Below are positions 13,001 through 26,844 of a DNA stretch of 64,000 nucleotides, in pieces. Position 1 is the stretch's first letter; every line of letters begins with the position of its first letter. Source of the DNA: Basidiobolus meristosporus CBS 931.73. Its lineage: Eukaryota; Fungi; Basidiobolomycota. The stretch is from contig MCFE01000129.1 in the NCBI GenBank assembly GCA_002104905.1, positions 62,001-126,000 of the forward strand, given 5' to 3'. The notes below the pieces were generated by a model that saw only the letters and a program-made list of their open reading frames with translations, made no database searches and was not told where the DNA came from. Position numbers and translations under genes: made by a program.

Positions 13001-16000
13001 TTGTTATTCTACCAGCAGCTTTGAACCAGTGACTCTCTATACAATCTTACAACAGTATCATAGCAGTCTTTGGTTAGTTCTATCATCAAATAGGGGAAGC
13101 AACCTACAGCTAGTTCTCTATAGTGCTACCATACCAATTCACAATATGCTACTTCCTTATTCTACCTCTCCTTGCACAATTGATATATTCCACTGAATAT
13201 CACTCCACTTTATTTGCCCACCCACTACCACCTAGGGTATTCCACATAGAGTTCTAATTAAAGAATACAATGGCCTCCTACTTATTAACCTCCATAAATG
13301 CACACACCTGCCACAATTGATATAGTTCTATCAACTCAACTTTGTGGCTTCTTGGTGTGATACTTGCAAAGTTGCAATATACCTTGTATTGCACTAACAT
13401 ATACATCTTGCAAGCATATGCTTGATTGCCACCACTTCTGCCATGAATACCTCCTGAATATCTGCAAAGAATTTTTTGGTCTCAAGCTAATATATTCCTT
13501 CTCCCTGCTGGATTCTAGTCCCCCTTATAGGTGCGCTGTGGTATGGTAAACATACCTCCCACAGACAAGTTTATTCATATAGTCATTATGATATACTTAT
13601 CCATATTTTATCTTATCAGTATTGTCCCATTCTTCTTTTGCCCATATTATCAGTATTATCCCCATATGATGTTTACCCTGATTAGTTATTAGCATTAGTT
13701 ATCCCAGATGTTATTCAGCTTTGTGATCAGTAGGTGTATCTATATAAGGCAAGTACCCGCGTCAGTACCCGTGACACATGACCTAGGTCTGTGTTACCAT
13801 CTCTACCATTTCAATACCATATATGGTATTTCTATGTTGCACAGGTTTCAGACTACTGATTCCTGATTGGTTGAGAGTGCTGTGCCTTTTAGAACCTTCC
13901 AGGACATTCTTGGCATATTTTTAGCTCATAGTGATGTCATCAAGAATTCCACTGATACCTAGAATCTTCTAGAACCTTGTCATTAGTAATCACTTGGCAA
14001 TCAGGAAAAGTATTTAAGGGAAAGCAATCCCTCATCAATAAATCATCCCTTCTATCAGTAACACTTCTACCTTATTGATTAGCAGTTGATCACTGCACCT
14101 GCCTTCAACAGTACATCTCAGATCTGCCATCAAGGAGCTTTTCAGGGTAATGCACAAGACACACAGAGGCCTTTGGAGACACTTGGAGCACCTAGGAAGC
14201 TAGAGAAGCAGGAGCTTTTACCATAGTGACATATTGACAAAGACACCAGCAGTTTAGACACAGAGGTTATTGCACCCATCAGACACCTCACACACCTTGA
14301 GTTGTGTAGCTTCTCCCAGGAGTACCTCTACACCACCACAGCGCTCTGGCTTTTATATGTATATTGCTTGGAGCCCATGAGATGTACTTAGAGTATTGAG
14401 AAAATTACCACAATTGCATGTAGACTTTTGTACATTCACTCCACAGGAATATGATGTTCTTAGTATTAGTGCTTGGCTATTAATAATGTGTGTGAGCAAT
14501 GGAGTAAGTCCCTTGGATCTCACACATTTGACATCAATACCAACCATTGTGCCCAGAAAAGCCAGCTATCTTGCTGGTAGCTGGGCATCTCCAGTGCAGA
14601 TAGTATATCTGCTTTGACATGACTGCCATTTACTGCTATCTGGCTGGAAACCATAAAAGACTCATCCAGTAATAGATACAGGTATTTATCCAGGTTGGAC
14701 AGTGATTTAGGCCCATATACCAGTGAGACTTCCATAAGATATCTGCTCCAATACTGTAAGATAGGCAGAAGACTCAGGCTGATGAGAATCAATGGCCAGC
14801 ACATATTGCTGGTAAGGCACTTATTTAATGAGATTACATCAAGTGCCAAGGAAAAGGCATGGTCATATATACCTTCAAAGCAGCTCTTGCTTCTTAGCTG
14901 TTAGTTATGTTTGCCATCAAATATATCAGGTATGTTTGCACTTGATTGATACTGAGCATGATACTTTATAGCTTTGCAATATTTGTTGGACTTTTTGAGC
15001 CTATTTAGAATGGGTATAATCAGAACATATCTGCAGTGCAAACAATGTGTTTCCCCAATAGTGGCGGATTCCTGATAAGTTGGACACCTTGTAATAGTGG
15101 CATTTTCTGATGTGAATGCCATGCTACTGCCAACACATGCTAGTATCAGGACAGTCTCTGGGTTATGCGTTGGCAGCTGCCTAACTCTTGTCCATTTGTA
15201 CAATGTACATGGAAATTAGCATCTGGGGATGATTTTGGCCAGAAGTAGTAGTGAATTCTCAAACCCCTATTACTGATATTAGTGAAAATGCACAACTCCT
15301 CTGGCCACAACACCATATCACTTACTAGTAGATGGAATACTGGGCTCATTTGACACCATGATGTGTCCAAGGCATTGTTTTCCATAGGTGTAATCTCATT
15401 TCATATAAGGATTTGCCAGGCTCATTCAGGGTACTTTTGTTGGGGGAGATAGGTGCACAATCTATCATTGTGCCTTCTTCTTCAGAGCTACAACTCTGCA
15501 TGCCATATTCACAAGGCTTATAAAGCCTGCAGAAAAACCTATCACAGCAGGTAAGGGAGAAGCTGTAGTGTCTATACCAAAGCCTAAAACTTAAAAAAAA
15601 TTGAAGATCCATGAATCCATTGAGTGCAATGATGGATAATAGGATAATTATCAAGAGGCTATTAAAAGAGTAGCATGCCAACACCTTAAGACCTGCATAC
15701 CATGGGGCCATTAAGAACTTAAGGCCAAGCAGATGTACTAGACATATTCTACAAGCATTATCCAGAACCCAAACAAGCAAATGAATCATGTGCCGCCATT
15801 GGTATTCTAAGAGTTCATCAAAAGGATATTGGTACACATCAAGGGCAGAAGAGCAAGTATGACATGACTAATAACTAGCAGCTTCCTCAAGCTGCTATTA
15901 CAAACAGGGCCAAAAGCCCATTACAGGTTTCACAACAATTATTAAGGAAAAAGGGTAGTCCCACTCAAGAAGCACCCAGTTGATGTAGTATTGAAGGACC

Positions 16001-16749
16001 TGGCAGTGATAAAAACATGCAGCTACCTCAGGAGCCTGTCATAACTAGGGCTGATAGCTCTAAACAAGCAGGAAAGAACTGTAAGGTTGCCCCTAGCTGC
16101 TAGCAAGGGACAAGTAGGTCAAAACAGATGCATATGAGTAGCATTTATCAAGTAGAAAATGCAGTCCAATAGAAGGAGCACTCAGACAAAGTAGCAGTGA
16201 AAGAGCTGGAGATGATGAAGGAAAAGGAAAGAAGTTTACCTAAGTCAGAGACAGAGAAGTGCAAGAAGAAAGCTGCAGCACTTGCCAATCAACACCACAA
16301 GCCAGGAACAGAATAAATCCCATCACTGCCAATAAGAATCACCAACAAGAAAGCAGCTGTTTTCACAAGAGTTGGAGGTGCTGCCAGTTGAGCAACACTC
16401 TAGTGAGGTTGATGACTTTGCAGAGAAAGGCAATATGTCTACCACAGCCTCAACATGCTCCATTGCTGACAGAGTGGAGATCCCACAGATGGATAAAGCA
16501 ACAATGTCAGGAACTCAAAAGTCTGTCGCAATGCCTTCAGTGGAATTCTGGATCATTAATTGGCACACCAAGAGATTGAAGCACTTCTTCAAGAGCAGTG
16601 CTCAAGAAAACATATTTGAATATTGCAAGGAGTTGTTACAAAGACCAGTAGATGAGCTGCTAGGCCTTGCAGTGCTGGCTGATGACCAGGATGTATGGGA
16701 ACCAGTGATTGAACAGTGGAATAAAGCCGTAGGGAGCTCTGCCAAAGTC

Positions 16750-19700
16750 TGTTGAAATATTAGAGAGATATATTGGAAGTGAATTGGAGAACTAGAAGAT
16801 TTACATGATATTCACTTGATGTTTTATTGAGTTGCAACACAGTATTTATACTTATTGCAGAACTACGTAAATGTGACTATTTGGTCATTATTAGGGGAGT
16901 CTCAGGAGTACATGTGCCAAGTTTCAGCTCATTTGGACAAGTTTCAGATTTTCCCAAAATTCTGTACTTCTCTAATTCCTAATAATTAGTAAATATCTTA
17001 CAAACTAATTTCCATGTTGATAATCTGAAATATATCATTTCACTAAGTGCTACTTCATAATATATTAATAATTAGGTGGACTCTTAATTATTTCAACACT
17101 CCCACTCACATAATATATTCATACACTTATGAACTTGCTGTGGTGTTGTGTATCTTACGGTTGAAATTAAACCTGCAATTAACCATCTAACCTATTGGAC
17201 TAATGTATTCTCCAATATATGTTAAGGATTGCATATTATCTGCAATAACTAAGTATAAGTCCATACTGGTAATTACATACTTCGGATCAAATTGCTTTGA
17301 GTCTGAACTCTGATCTCATCACAAATATCTAGGAATGAGTATCATCAATTTGATTGGAGTAAAACTTGTCAGATACTGATCAAATTCCAGGATAGTTTGT
17401 ATCATCACAGAGCTGTATTCTCAGGCTTTCTGCTGTTTCTTATTTGAGTAAATTTGGTCAATAATTGGTGAAGTTAGGAAGTGGTCTTCTCTCCAGTAGA
17501 TCTGGATCATCCACAGTTCTGGTCTATAGTCTAATTCACTTAGACTATCCTCCATATATCCATAACTGGATCTGGATAGTAACTTTCCTCATATACTCCA
17601 TATTTGATCTGCTGAGACCAACAATTGGTCAGCATTGTAGTTGCCTTATTCTTCACTGGTTGACCAAGTATTTCCTCTTCCGGACTAGTGCCTTCAATGG
17701 TATCTAGCCTAGCTTTTCTTCATTTCTGATCTGGGATATTGTACTCCCACTGAAGCTATATCTTCTGGTGCTTCCTGCCTTCTATAACTGACTGAGATAG
17801 ATCATATATATCCTTCTGATCTAGGCATAACTTTCTTGGACTGATATCACTGTTATGGTATTCAGATCTTCCCTTTGCATCTTGATAGGCTTAATTTGGT
17901 ATCACAGCATACCACAGCTTGATTGGCAGCTATTCATGGAGGCCTAATTCTAAACAGGATAGATATGGTCTCATATGTACTTTTGCGCTTGAACAGTACA
18001 ACCTGATCTGGCACTTTCCAATTGCGTAAATCTACCATAATGGCTCTGATAGGTCACTGTTACTTCTGATAGAGCTTTCCAGCATAGAGCTTGGTTGACA
18101 GTGCAAATAGACAAGTCCATGATCTTCTGGACCCATTATAACCCCTAGGTTGGCCCTTGGTACCACTTCTCTAGCCTTCACTGCAAGTAAGTTGACTTCA
18201 TTGTTCACCATAATTGTGATGTTGCCTCTGAGTATGTAGGTTCTCTTGGACTGCTCTGCTGCTTTCCTTAGCAACAATACTCCACTATCCTCATGTGGTA
18301 GGATAACTGGATCATATCTAGTGTGCTAGATAGTCCAAATCTGGCCTAGGTATCACCTAACTTCATTTAGAAACTGGCAACTTATTGACGGTAGGTTTTT
18401 GTTCCATATCTGGTCTTAAAGATGCTGGTTGCTGGAATTTCCTTATTAATCAAAATCTGGACCATACAGGTAGCATATCCACGGTTTGTTAGATCTCCCA
18501 GAGTGTTCAGGAACCTCCTGTCCTCAAAACATATCTATTCTGAGATGTTTCAACCAAATCAGTCATCCATTTGGATCTGGCATAACTTTTCAAAGGCTTG
18601 ATCAAATTTGATCAAATAAACTTCCTTAAAAGCCATTTCTCTCAGCATCTTGGTGGCAGATATCATCATTGCAGTTTGGCTCATAGCTGGGAGCTGTAAG
18701 TAACTTGATCTGATCAAAATAGCATGATTAACATCTGATCCATGTTAATATAAGTGATCCTTCATCACTGTATGTATGTGATATATGTACTAGTGTAGGG
18801 CAACTAGTACACTCCTTGATAGTACTTCATGCATATTCTATAGTGTATATAGAGACTATAAGCATATACTTCAGTCAAGGTCTCCAGTAGCACTTTTCTT
18901 GATGGCGGTAGAAATTCCATGCTTCAACATATATGGATGTATCTCCTCCCACTGTATCTGATACTTGATGTAGACATGTAGCTTGTCTAATAAGTATCTC
19001 ACAGAGCATCAGGATCATTGGTACTGGAAATAGTACAACTGATATATCATGCGTACCACTCCTAAGCTGGCATATCTGAGATCACTGATCTTCGGCCAAA
19101 TATATAGGTATTATATATCATTTGGATCCTCAGAGTTTGGGCAAGCTGATCCATATATCTGTTGGCAAATCCAATTCCAAACTAGGGCAGCAGGCAGCAT
19201 CAAAGTGTTTGCGCATCATCTCATTTCAAGTGACTATAGACTTATGTAAATTCACTGCAGCAATGTGGGCACTTCATCAACTGAAATAGTCTAATTCAAA
19301 CCAAGGTATATGTGGATCTTCAGTATAGATCCATCATGTGGTGATAATAAGGATCATAGCATTAATACATATATCATGTAAGATGCCCCTTATTGATCTT
19401 AACTCCTTGCTTGGATTACGCATGTTCTCAAAGCTTCATCCTTCTGCATATTCCATAACTTTTGAGATTTATCCTACATGATCTCCTTGACATATGATCT
19501 TTTTCTTTGCTTAGTGTCTTCTTTAAGGGCAAAGGTCTCTCTCTCCGAAACAATATATCCCATCTAGCAGTTCTTTGCAGTGGCAGTGCTTTTCTGTCTT
19601 TTGTAACTTCAGGTAGACCAGGCGGTCTTTCTCCAGAATAAAGACACAGCACTAGAGCAAAGTAGACAATCAAGATAAAACAAGCTTGGGGCTCATAACC

Positions 19701-20049
19701 TGTTGAAATATTAGAGAGATAAATTGGAAGTGAATTGGACAACTAGAAGATTTACATGATATTTACTTGATGTTTTATTGAGTTGCAACACAGTATTTAT
19801 ACTTATTGCAGAACTACGTAAATGTGACTATTTGGTCATTATTAGGGGAGTCTCAGGAGTACATGTGCCAAGTTTCAGCTCATTTGGACAAGTTTCAGAT
19901 TTTCCTAAAATTCTGTACTTCTCTAATTCCTAGTAATTAGTAAATATCTTACAAACAAATTTACATGTTGATAATCTGAAATATATCATTTCACTAAGTG
20001 CCACTTCATAATATATTAATAATTAGGTGGACTTCTAATTATTTCAACA
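16750..20049 (-). mobile_element. 3.3-kb non-autonomous Copia-like LTR element (element C1)
   Basis: LTRs 16750-17098 and 19701-20049 (349 bp each, TGTTGAAAT...ATTTCAACA, ~10 mismatches). 5-bp TSD AAGTC (16745-49, 20050-54). PBS GGTTATGAGCCC. PPT TGAGTGGGAG. No RT or IN motifs recognised. Confidence 0.92.
19689..19700 (-). promoter_or_regulatory. Primer-binding site complementary to the tRNA-iMet anticodon arm (Ty5/copia type)
   Basis: Plus strand GGGCTCATAACC directly abuts the 5' LTR. The same 12-mer occurs at 41699-41710. Confidence 0.85.
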
Positions 20050-20100
20050 AAGTCATGGCAACAGAGCATTACAGCAAAAATACATATTGAGTGGTGGATT

Positions 20101-21311
20101 TGTGGCAATGAAAAGTATTCCATTACTACAATATCTCAAAACCAATATTGCACTCATTTCTTTATTTTGCTTTTTGCTATTGCAACACACAGGTGAAAGA
20201 TCAAGAATTTGAAACTTTGAAGGACAAATACTCCAGACCCTGAACAGCAATCCACCTAGGAACATTAAGTCATACAGCACACAGAGTAGCCAACACATGT
20301 TTCAAATTACAGCTTATTTGAAGCAGTTCTTAAGGAGTTATAACCAAAAGAGTTGAATTATTATATATACTAGGTCTCTGTTGTTAGGATTACTATGGTG
20401 GCTTTGAGAGCATTTTACTTCTGAACCAGCTAATCAAATCACGTGAAATTTTGACAGGTGCTGCACCTATGTCTGACCTGTGTCACTGCAGGATTCTAGC
20501 TTTGTATCATGTGTATTGCTTGAGCAATTGCCCAAAAACTTTGATCCCTCAGAAGTTTCATGCATATGATTTCCCCAGCTGAAAAACAAAGGAGAGCCTC
20601 TCTTTCCAGAATCTCCACACTACAATTACAAGTTTAAAAGTTATAAGACTTCCTCTGCATCACTTGCATTATTGAGTATTCTGACATTGATCAGTGCTAC
20701 ATCAGTAAAGAGACTGCAAAGCTCACAAGAATCCAATCTAAGTTCTACAAGAAACTACCACTTTTCTGTTGGAAAAGTCCCCTCTAAGAAACCCCTTTAC
20801 TATTAAGAAACCCCTTTAAACATCCCTTTGAGAAACCCTTTACTCTAAAGAAGCCCCTTTAGGAACCCCTTCAGTGTAAAGTGCACTTTAGACACCACTA
20901 CAAGAGGCCCCTTTACTTCAAAGACACCACTTTAGACACCCCTTTAGGTCTAAAGACCCCTTTAAAGACTTCCACAACACACCCTTTTAGGTAGAGGGGA
21001 GTTCAGATTTTCATATTATGACATATCTTCTCAGAAGGGAAAGTGACTTCTAAATAAGGAAAGGTTACTGTAAAAGCAAATAAGCCCATTAGTCAAAAGA
21101 AGGTCAGAACACTGCTGTAGATGTGAGAAACACTGCCTATAGTATATTTTGAGCCTAGGATTGAGGATATTGGTGAGAATTATATCTTCTATTGGTACAT
21201 CAAACTGCCAATAAACTATTTCAGTATTACCATACTGAAAGTTGTTGTATACTTTTGATTAGCCTCTACACTGTGGAACAAGCCTCAAACTAATCATAAT
21301 ACAACACAACA
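20101..21311 (+). mobile_element. 1.21-kb solo-LTR-like insertion (family S, copy 1)
   Basis: TGTGG...CACAACA ends. 4-bp TSD GATT (20097-20100, 21312-21315). Internal CCCCTTTA subrepeats at ~20780-20990. Confidence 0.88.
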
Positions 21312-21573
21312 GATTCTAATGGAGTTAACTGTTGAGTTTGGGTTGGATCTAGATTGATTTTGGGCTTAGGGACTTGCATAGGTCAATATAATTGACAATT
21401 GTGGTACAACTGAGGTTTCAACAGACATAAATCAATCTGTATGCATGAGAGGTAAGAGAAATGGCTGAGTAAGGAAGTAAGGAGTGCAAAAAAGAGGTAA
21501 TAGCCAAGCAATGTACACATACATAGGAGGCAATAGAGTACAGTAACTTGGGATATATCAGGTTTAGGGGATC

Positions 21574-22665
21574 CGTTGTGTGGTATTATGATTAGTTTGG
21601 GGCTTGTTCTACAAAATAGAGGCTAATCAACAATATACAAAAACTTACAGTATGCTAATACTGAAATAGTTTATTGGCAGTTTGATGTACCAATAGAAGA
21701 TATAACTTTCACCAATATCCTCAATCTTAGGCTCAAAATATACTATAGGTAGTATTTCTCACTTCTACAGCAGTGTTCTGACCTTCTGTTGACTAATGTG
21801 CTTATTTACTTTATAGTAACTTTTCCCTATATGAAGTCACTTTCCTTTGAGCAAAGATATTACCTAATATGGAAATTCTGAGTTTCTCTTAACCTAAAGG
21901 GTGTGTTGTAGAAGTCTCTAGAGGGGTCTTTAGACCTAAAGAGGTGTCTAAAGGGGTGTCTTTAGAGTAAAGGGGTTTCTTAGAGGGGACTTTTCCGACA
22001 GAAAAGTGGTAGTTTCTTGTAGAACTTAGATTGGATACTTGTGAGCTTTGCAGTCTCTTAACTGATGTAGTACTAATCACAGTAAGAATACTCGATAAGG
22101 CAAGTGATGTAGGGGAAGTCTTATAACCTTTAAACTTGTAATTGTAGTATGGAGATTCTGGAAAGAGAGGCTCTCCTTTGTTTCTTAGCTGGGGAAAACA
22201 TATGCATGAAACTTCTGAAGGATCAAAGTTTTTGGGCAATTGCTCAAGCAATACACATTGTACAAAGCTAAAATTCTGCAGTGGCACAGATCAGACATAG
22301 GTGCAGCACTTGTGAGAATTTTGAATGATTTGATTAGCTGGTTGAAAGTTACACGCAATCAAAGTCACCATAGTAATCCTTGCAATAGAGACCTGGCATA
22401 TATAATAATTCAACTCTTTTGGTTATAACTCCTTAAGAACTGCTTCAAATGAGCTGGAATTTGAATCATGTGTTGGCTACTACATGTTCCGTATGGCTTG
22501 ATATCCTTGGGTGGATTGCATGTCAGGGTCTGTAGTTTTTGTCCTTTAAATTTAAAAATTCTCAATATTTCACTAGTGTGTTACAATAGCAAAAAGTAAG
22601 ATAAAGAAATGAGTGCAGTATTGGTTTTGAGATATTGTAGTAATGGAATACTTTCCATTACCACA
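21574..22665 (-). mobile_element. 1.09-kb solo-LTR-like insertion (family S, copy 2)
   Basis: Reverse complement of copy 1 with a shorter subrepeat array. 4-bp TSD GATC (21570-73, 22666-69). Confidence 0.88.
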
Positions 22666-22669
22666 GATC

Positions 22670-24300
22670 TCCTAGTTTGTGATACTGGAGTGATCACTTC
22701 TGGGATATTTTCAGGCATCAGTTCAGACTGAACCATAGTGGTAGAGTACTCTAGTGTGAAGTCATTTAATTGTTTTGGTCTGATTTAATCCAACAATTGC
22801 TGGACTTGAAATCAGTTTTTTGACTTCAAACAATATTGTTTTTAGTAATATTGTTAAATATTCATCAAACATCTCATGGCTGGAATTGATCAGCTTCATT
22901 GCTTCAGTATTGATGGGTGACTATGTCTTACTCACATTGCAGTAGGCTAAAAATATGCATTCTGCACTTTTTGACCCACATTTATTCTTTGTAATCATTA
23001 GTAAAAGTGCTTGAATACTTCACCCAACCTAAGAACAAATTTTGCAAAGGTCCATACAGATTAGAGTGAATTAGATCTAATTTTTTTCTTGGTTTTAGTT
23101 AGCCTCAAGCCCTTGAGTGGTTGTCTGGCTTATTTTCCATAAATGAAGGCTTCACAGAGCTCCAAGTTAGCTGGGGAAGCATTTTACTCCAGAAGTTACT
23201 TGATCTATGATTGTTTTAAGCAAGTAATCAAAATTGATGTGTCTAAATTTCTTGTGCCAATGCATTAGTGCTTCTTCATTCAAGTGAACTATATTGGCTT
23301 CTGGATTTCATGGAATATAAGTCACCTTGTAAAGACTTGCATCTCTCATACCCAAAGCAATATGGGCACAGAGATCCCACATCCAGAACTGTCAAAGCTG
23401 ACACCAAGTCCTCCTGTGGTGGACTTACTTATAAAAAGTAGGTTCATTGCTATTTCTGGTAAAAAGAGTACTACTTTAAAGGTCAGTCTATGGCTTTCCT
23501 CACGGCTTCTAAGGCTTACTTGGATAGTTCCTTCTCCCACTTCATCTGGTGTTTGATTGTCATTGACAAAAACCTTATTAATTAGAATATTATAATACTG
23601 ACTAAGTGCTCCTTTTAGCTTGCAAAGTGTTGAGATGCACTACAGTCAATGTTCCCTGTCTGAGAATCTTTTTTTGTGGTCATATTTACTGCATATATGA
23701 ATAGTCTATGCTCAGTTATTGCAGTATTCCCATTTTGAAGCTTTTTCTACCTACTATCTCTCTCTCTGAAACACCAGTCTGTTATGTGTCCTTTCCTTGT
23801 GCAATTGTGGTAAACAAGATTGCTATTGCCTTTAAAGGTTTCTTGGCTGCCTCATTTGTTAGCTATCACTGCTTATTAAAGCATTTTCTATATCCTTCTG
23901 ATTTGCACTTGACTTTCTTAATTCTTCCTGCAGGAGCCTTACACATATTTAATTTAAGGTCAAATCTTCAGTTCTGGACTCTATGGCTGATACAAGGCCC
24001 TAAAGATTTCCTGTCAGGCTTCTCAGAATGGTGACTAACACATCTTTGTAAGCAATTGGTATTCCTGCTGATTACTTCTCAAACACCAACAGGTTAATTG
24101 GTTAATTAGATTTTTTGTTTCCTCTTCAGGAAGCATCTTTGTAGTGAGGATTTTTTGTCTAAGATACTTTTCTTAGGAGCTGAACATATATGGTAGGTTT
24201 CTTCTAATGTCTTCCAGCCATTATTTACAGTTTTTGCTCATGAGCATTGAATTAGCAACTTGTCCTGAACACTAAGGCAAATGCAGCTAAAGGTACCTTG
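22670..24300 (-). pseudogene. Ty1/copia gag-protease-integrase remnant
   Basis: Minus-strand IDCSASQHF (protease), GEGTIQV..KVVLFLPEIAMNLLFISK, and LMHWHKKFRHIN (GAG-pre-integrase). Partial LTR at ~24395-24605. Confidence 0.75.
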
Positions 24301-24609
24301 TTTGTTCTTCTGGTACTTTATGGCTTGCTCTCCCACTCCTTTAGAAGGGCATTACTCTGCCATGACAGTATCCTAAAGACCTCTTTCCTGTAGCTTCATC
24401 AAGGTCTCAAGAACTTGTGTATAAAGTTTGGAGCTGTTTGGACAACTTTGAGAACATTCATGTTCTGGGTACCTGATATTTTGGTGAAATTATTACAAGT
24501 AAGTTCTGGCAAAGAATCTGGTCTGTATTCTATAAGATTTGTAGGTAATGCGTTACGTGACTAAGCTAGGTGATTATTTAGGTGAAATCTCAAATATCTA
24601 CAACAATTG

Positions 24610-24900
24610 CCTCAATGCCTTTTGCTCATGGGATTTAATTTTTGTAATGATTTTTTGATGTGATCATCAAGGTTACTGTGCTTAGGGATGGATACTTACT
24701 CTTAGATTGAAATCTAACTTGTTATGCTAGCACAAAGTATATAGATCTTGGATGTCATATCATGGTGTAAGCAAATAACCTGCTTGACCTTGTGTACTGT
24801 CTAACTGATAAAATGATTGCCAATATGCATGCCAAGTTATTAGCTAGAGATAAGCTCATACTCCTTATCTTACAATTGGTCCTAAATTATGTAAAGGTAC
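24610..24900 (+). pseudogene. Ty1/copia RNase H C-terminal remnant
   Basis: Degenerate ..TKYIDLGCHI..LDLVYCLTDKMIANMHAKLL, resembling the RTKHIDIR..YCPTD.MIADI.TK.L consensus. Confidence 0.65.
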
Positions 24901-25359
24901 TACACCTGAGTACTCATCTTATGTGGTTAGTTTGATCATTAACCACAAATCCAAGAGAAGTCTGGTTAAATTCCTTGTAGGTAGTTACTGGGAATACCTG
25001 CCTAAATAGCACATAGCCAGAGCATAAAATTCAGTGGTATAATGTGACTATTACATTCAATAAATTGGACTTGTTCTGTTGGATAGTGCCACATAGTGCC
25101 AGCCTGTTTATGGTGCTGGATCAATCTGGCACTATCTGGCACTATCTGGCACTATAATTTCTACCATCATGCCAGTGGTAGGTTATAGTCACTGGTAATT
25201 TTACTCAATTTTACTTATGTTGCTCAGAGTAGTGCTTTCCTTGCCTTATTTACTTTTCATAATGCTCCAGACACATTTCTCTTGGTGGATTTCTTCTTGT
25301 ATGGATATACTGTGCATTGATAAGTATCTTAACTATTTTATCTATTCTGCTGTTTTCTC

Positions 25360-26100
25360 CTACATATGACTTTCCTCTGTATTTACCTGCCAATATGCTG
25401 AATCTTTTGGATAGCCAAATGTATACTCTACCCTCACTGTGAAATGATTAAATATCTTATTGTAGAGCTTCTGCTTCCTGCTAAGCACACCATTCCTTGG
25501 CTTCCTATAAGCTGTAATACATCCTAATCTCTGACAATACTCTCCTATATAAGCTAAGTCTGCCATATATTTCTCCCCTCTACTGAATTCTGGATGGTTC
25601 TCTACCCAGAGTGCTTTGTCATGCCTACTGCCAGCAAATGGCCCACTGAACCAGATGATGTTACCCTCAATGTCAGACAGTGCTTGAAACTTCACACAGT
25701 GTGCCTTGTACTTGCCAGAATAAAAGTGCCTCTGCCCTCTAGAAGGTCTGTTGATCCTTACTGGGACGGTATCCAAAATACTCCTTATATGGAACCTGTT
25801 GCTGAACACTCTGGGATATGGAAGTCAATTGGAGCTCCTAAACCTAGTACTCCAAGCTTGCTCTAAGCTAATCATACCCTCTGCAAGGTGGTTCTCCATT
25901 GCTGTCAGCTGAGAATGAAAGCTTCTAGGATTTTTTTGCCATGGATGGTGGGATAAAACCTTCAAGGGCAATAGTTCTTTTAATAGCAGAGAAGCTTAGC
26001 AAGGGATCTCCTGGTGTAGATTGGGGTAGATGGATCACAGTACTTTGTATAGATCTCCTCTAGTGTGTCAAAGGGAAATCCAGCGGTATTGATGGGATTG
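25360..26100 (-). pseudogene. Harbinger/IS5-like (DDE_Tnp_4) transposase
   Basis: ILDTVPVRINRP..QRHFYSGKYKAHCVKFQ..D..G.IIWFSGPFAGSRHD; MADLAYIG; FTVRVEYTFG. The N-terminal part above 25810 has stops. Confidence 0.9.
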
Positions 26101-26135
26101 ATGAGAAAAGACTATTCAGATGAGTAAGTCATATT

Positions 26136-26485
26136 TGTTGTAAGAGCCTTTGAGATATTGGAAGTGATTGGGAGGACAGGTAGATTGTGTGTTTTTCACA
26201 TAATGATTTATTGAATGTAAAAGTAGTATTTATACTTTTACCTGGTCTTGGCATAACAAAAGCATTGAATAGGTTAAGGAAGGTCCCAAGAACATGTGTG
26301 CAAAGTTTGGGGCTGTTTGGACAACTTTGAGAATTTTTATGTTCTGGGTACCTGGTATTTTGGTGAAAATATTCTAAGTAAATCATAACAAGGAATTTTG
26401 GTCAGTATTCTTTAGGATTTGAAGGTGATGATCTAAGTGACTAAGTTAGGTGAACATTTTGGTGGAAATACAAATTTTTCCAACA
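26136..26485. mobile_element. Copia-family solo LTR (350 bp) inserted in the Harbinger element
   Basis: TGTTG...CAACA. 5-bp TSD ATATT (26131-35, 26486-90). Homologous to the LTRs at 38749 and 41711. Confidence 0.9.
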
Positions 26486-26844
26486 ATATTAAAATTGGAA
26501 GGATTGCGCTGAGATGATTTGGTATGATTTGGCGTAATTAGCCTTATTTATCTGATTTTCCATGCATTATGATTAAACCTCCATGAATTGCCTTTTATCC
26601 CATCATTATGTTGCAAAAATCATCCTCAAACAATGAGTGGATATGCTTATTGATATTTTACTCACAAGTCTATAATCAAATAGGAAATCTGCAATTGATG
26701 TGATATGATCTGTGTTGATGCAATCCAAGACGCATCATGCATAATATATGGAAAATTCAACAATCACATTAGTTTTCATATATTTTTCAAATACGACCAG
26801 GTTGATGCCAATATACCACTGTATAAGTATCCAAATCTGTTACT

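Larger units (their letters stand above)
15840..21540 (+). repeat. Family A repeat, copy 4, split by two insertions (host parts 15840-16749, 20055-20100, 21316-21540)
   Basis: ORF 16372-16755. Removing the two insertions and one copy of each TSD restores a sequence collinear with 540-900. Confidence 0.8.

Noticed and set aside
20101-22665. Composite transposon or single long-TIR element
   Set aside because: Each arm has its own distinct TSD (GATT, GATC) and the outer flanks are not duplicated.
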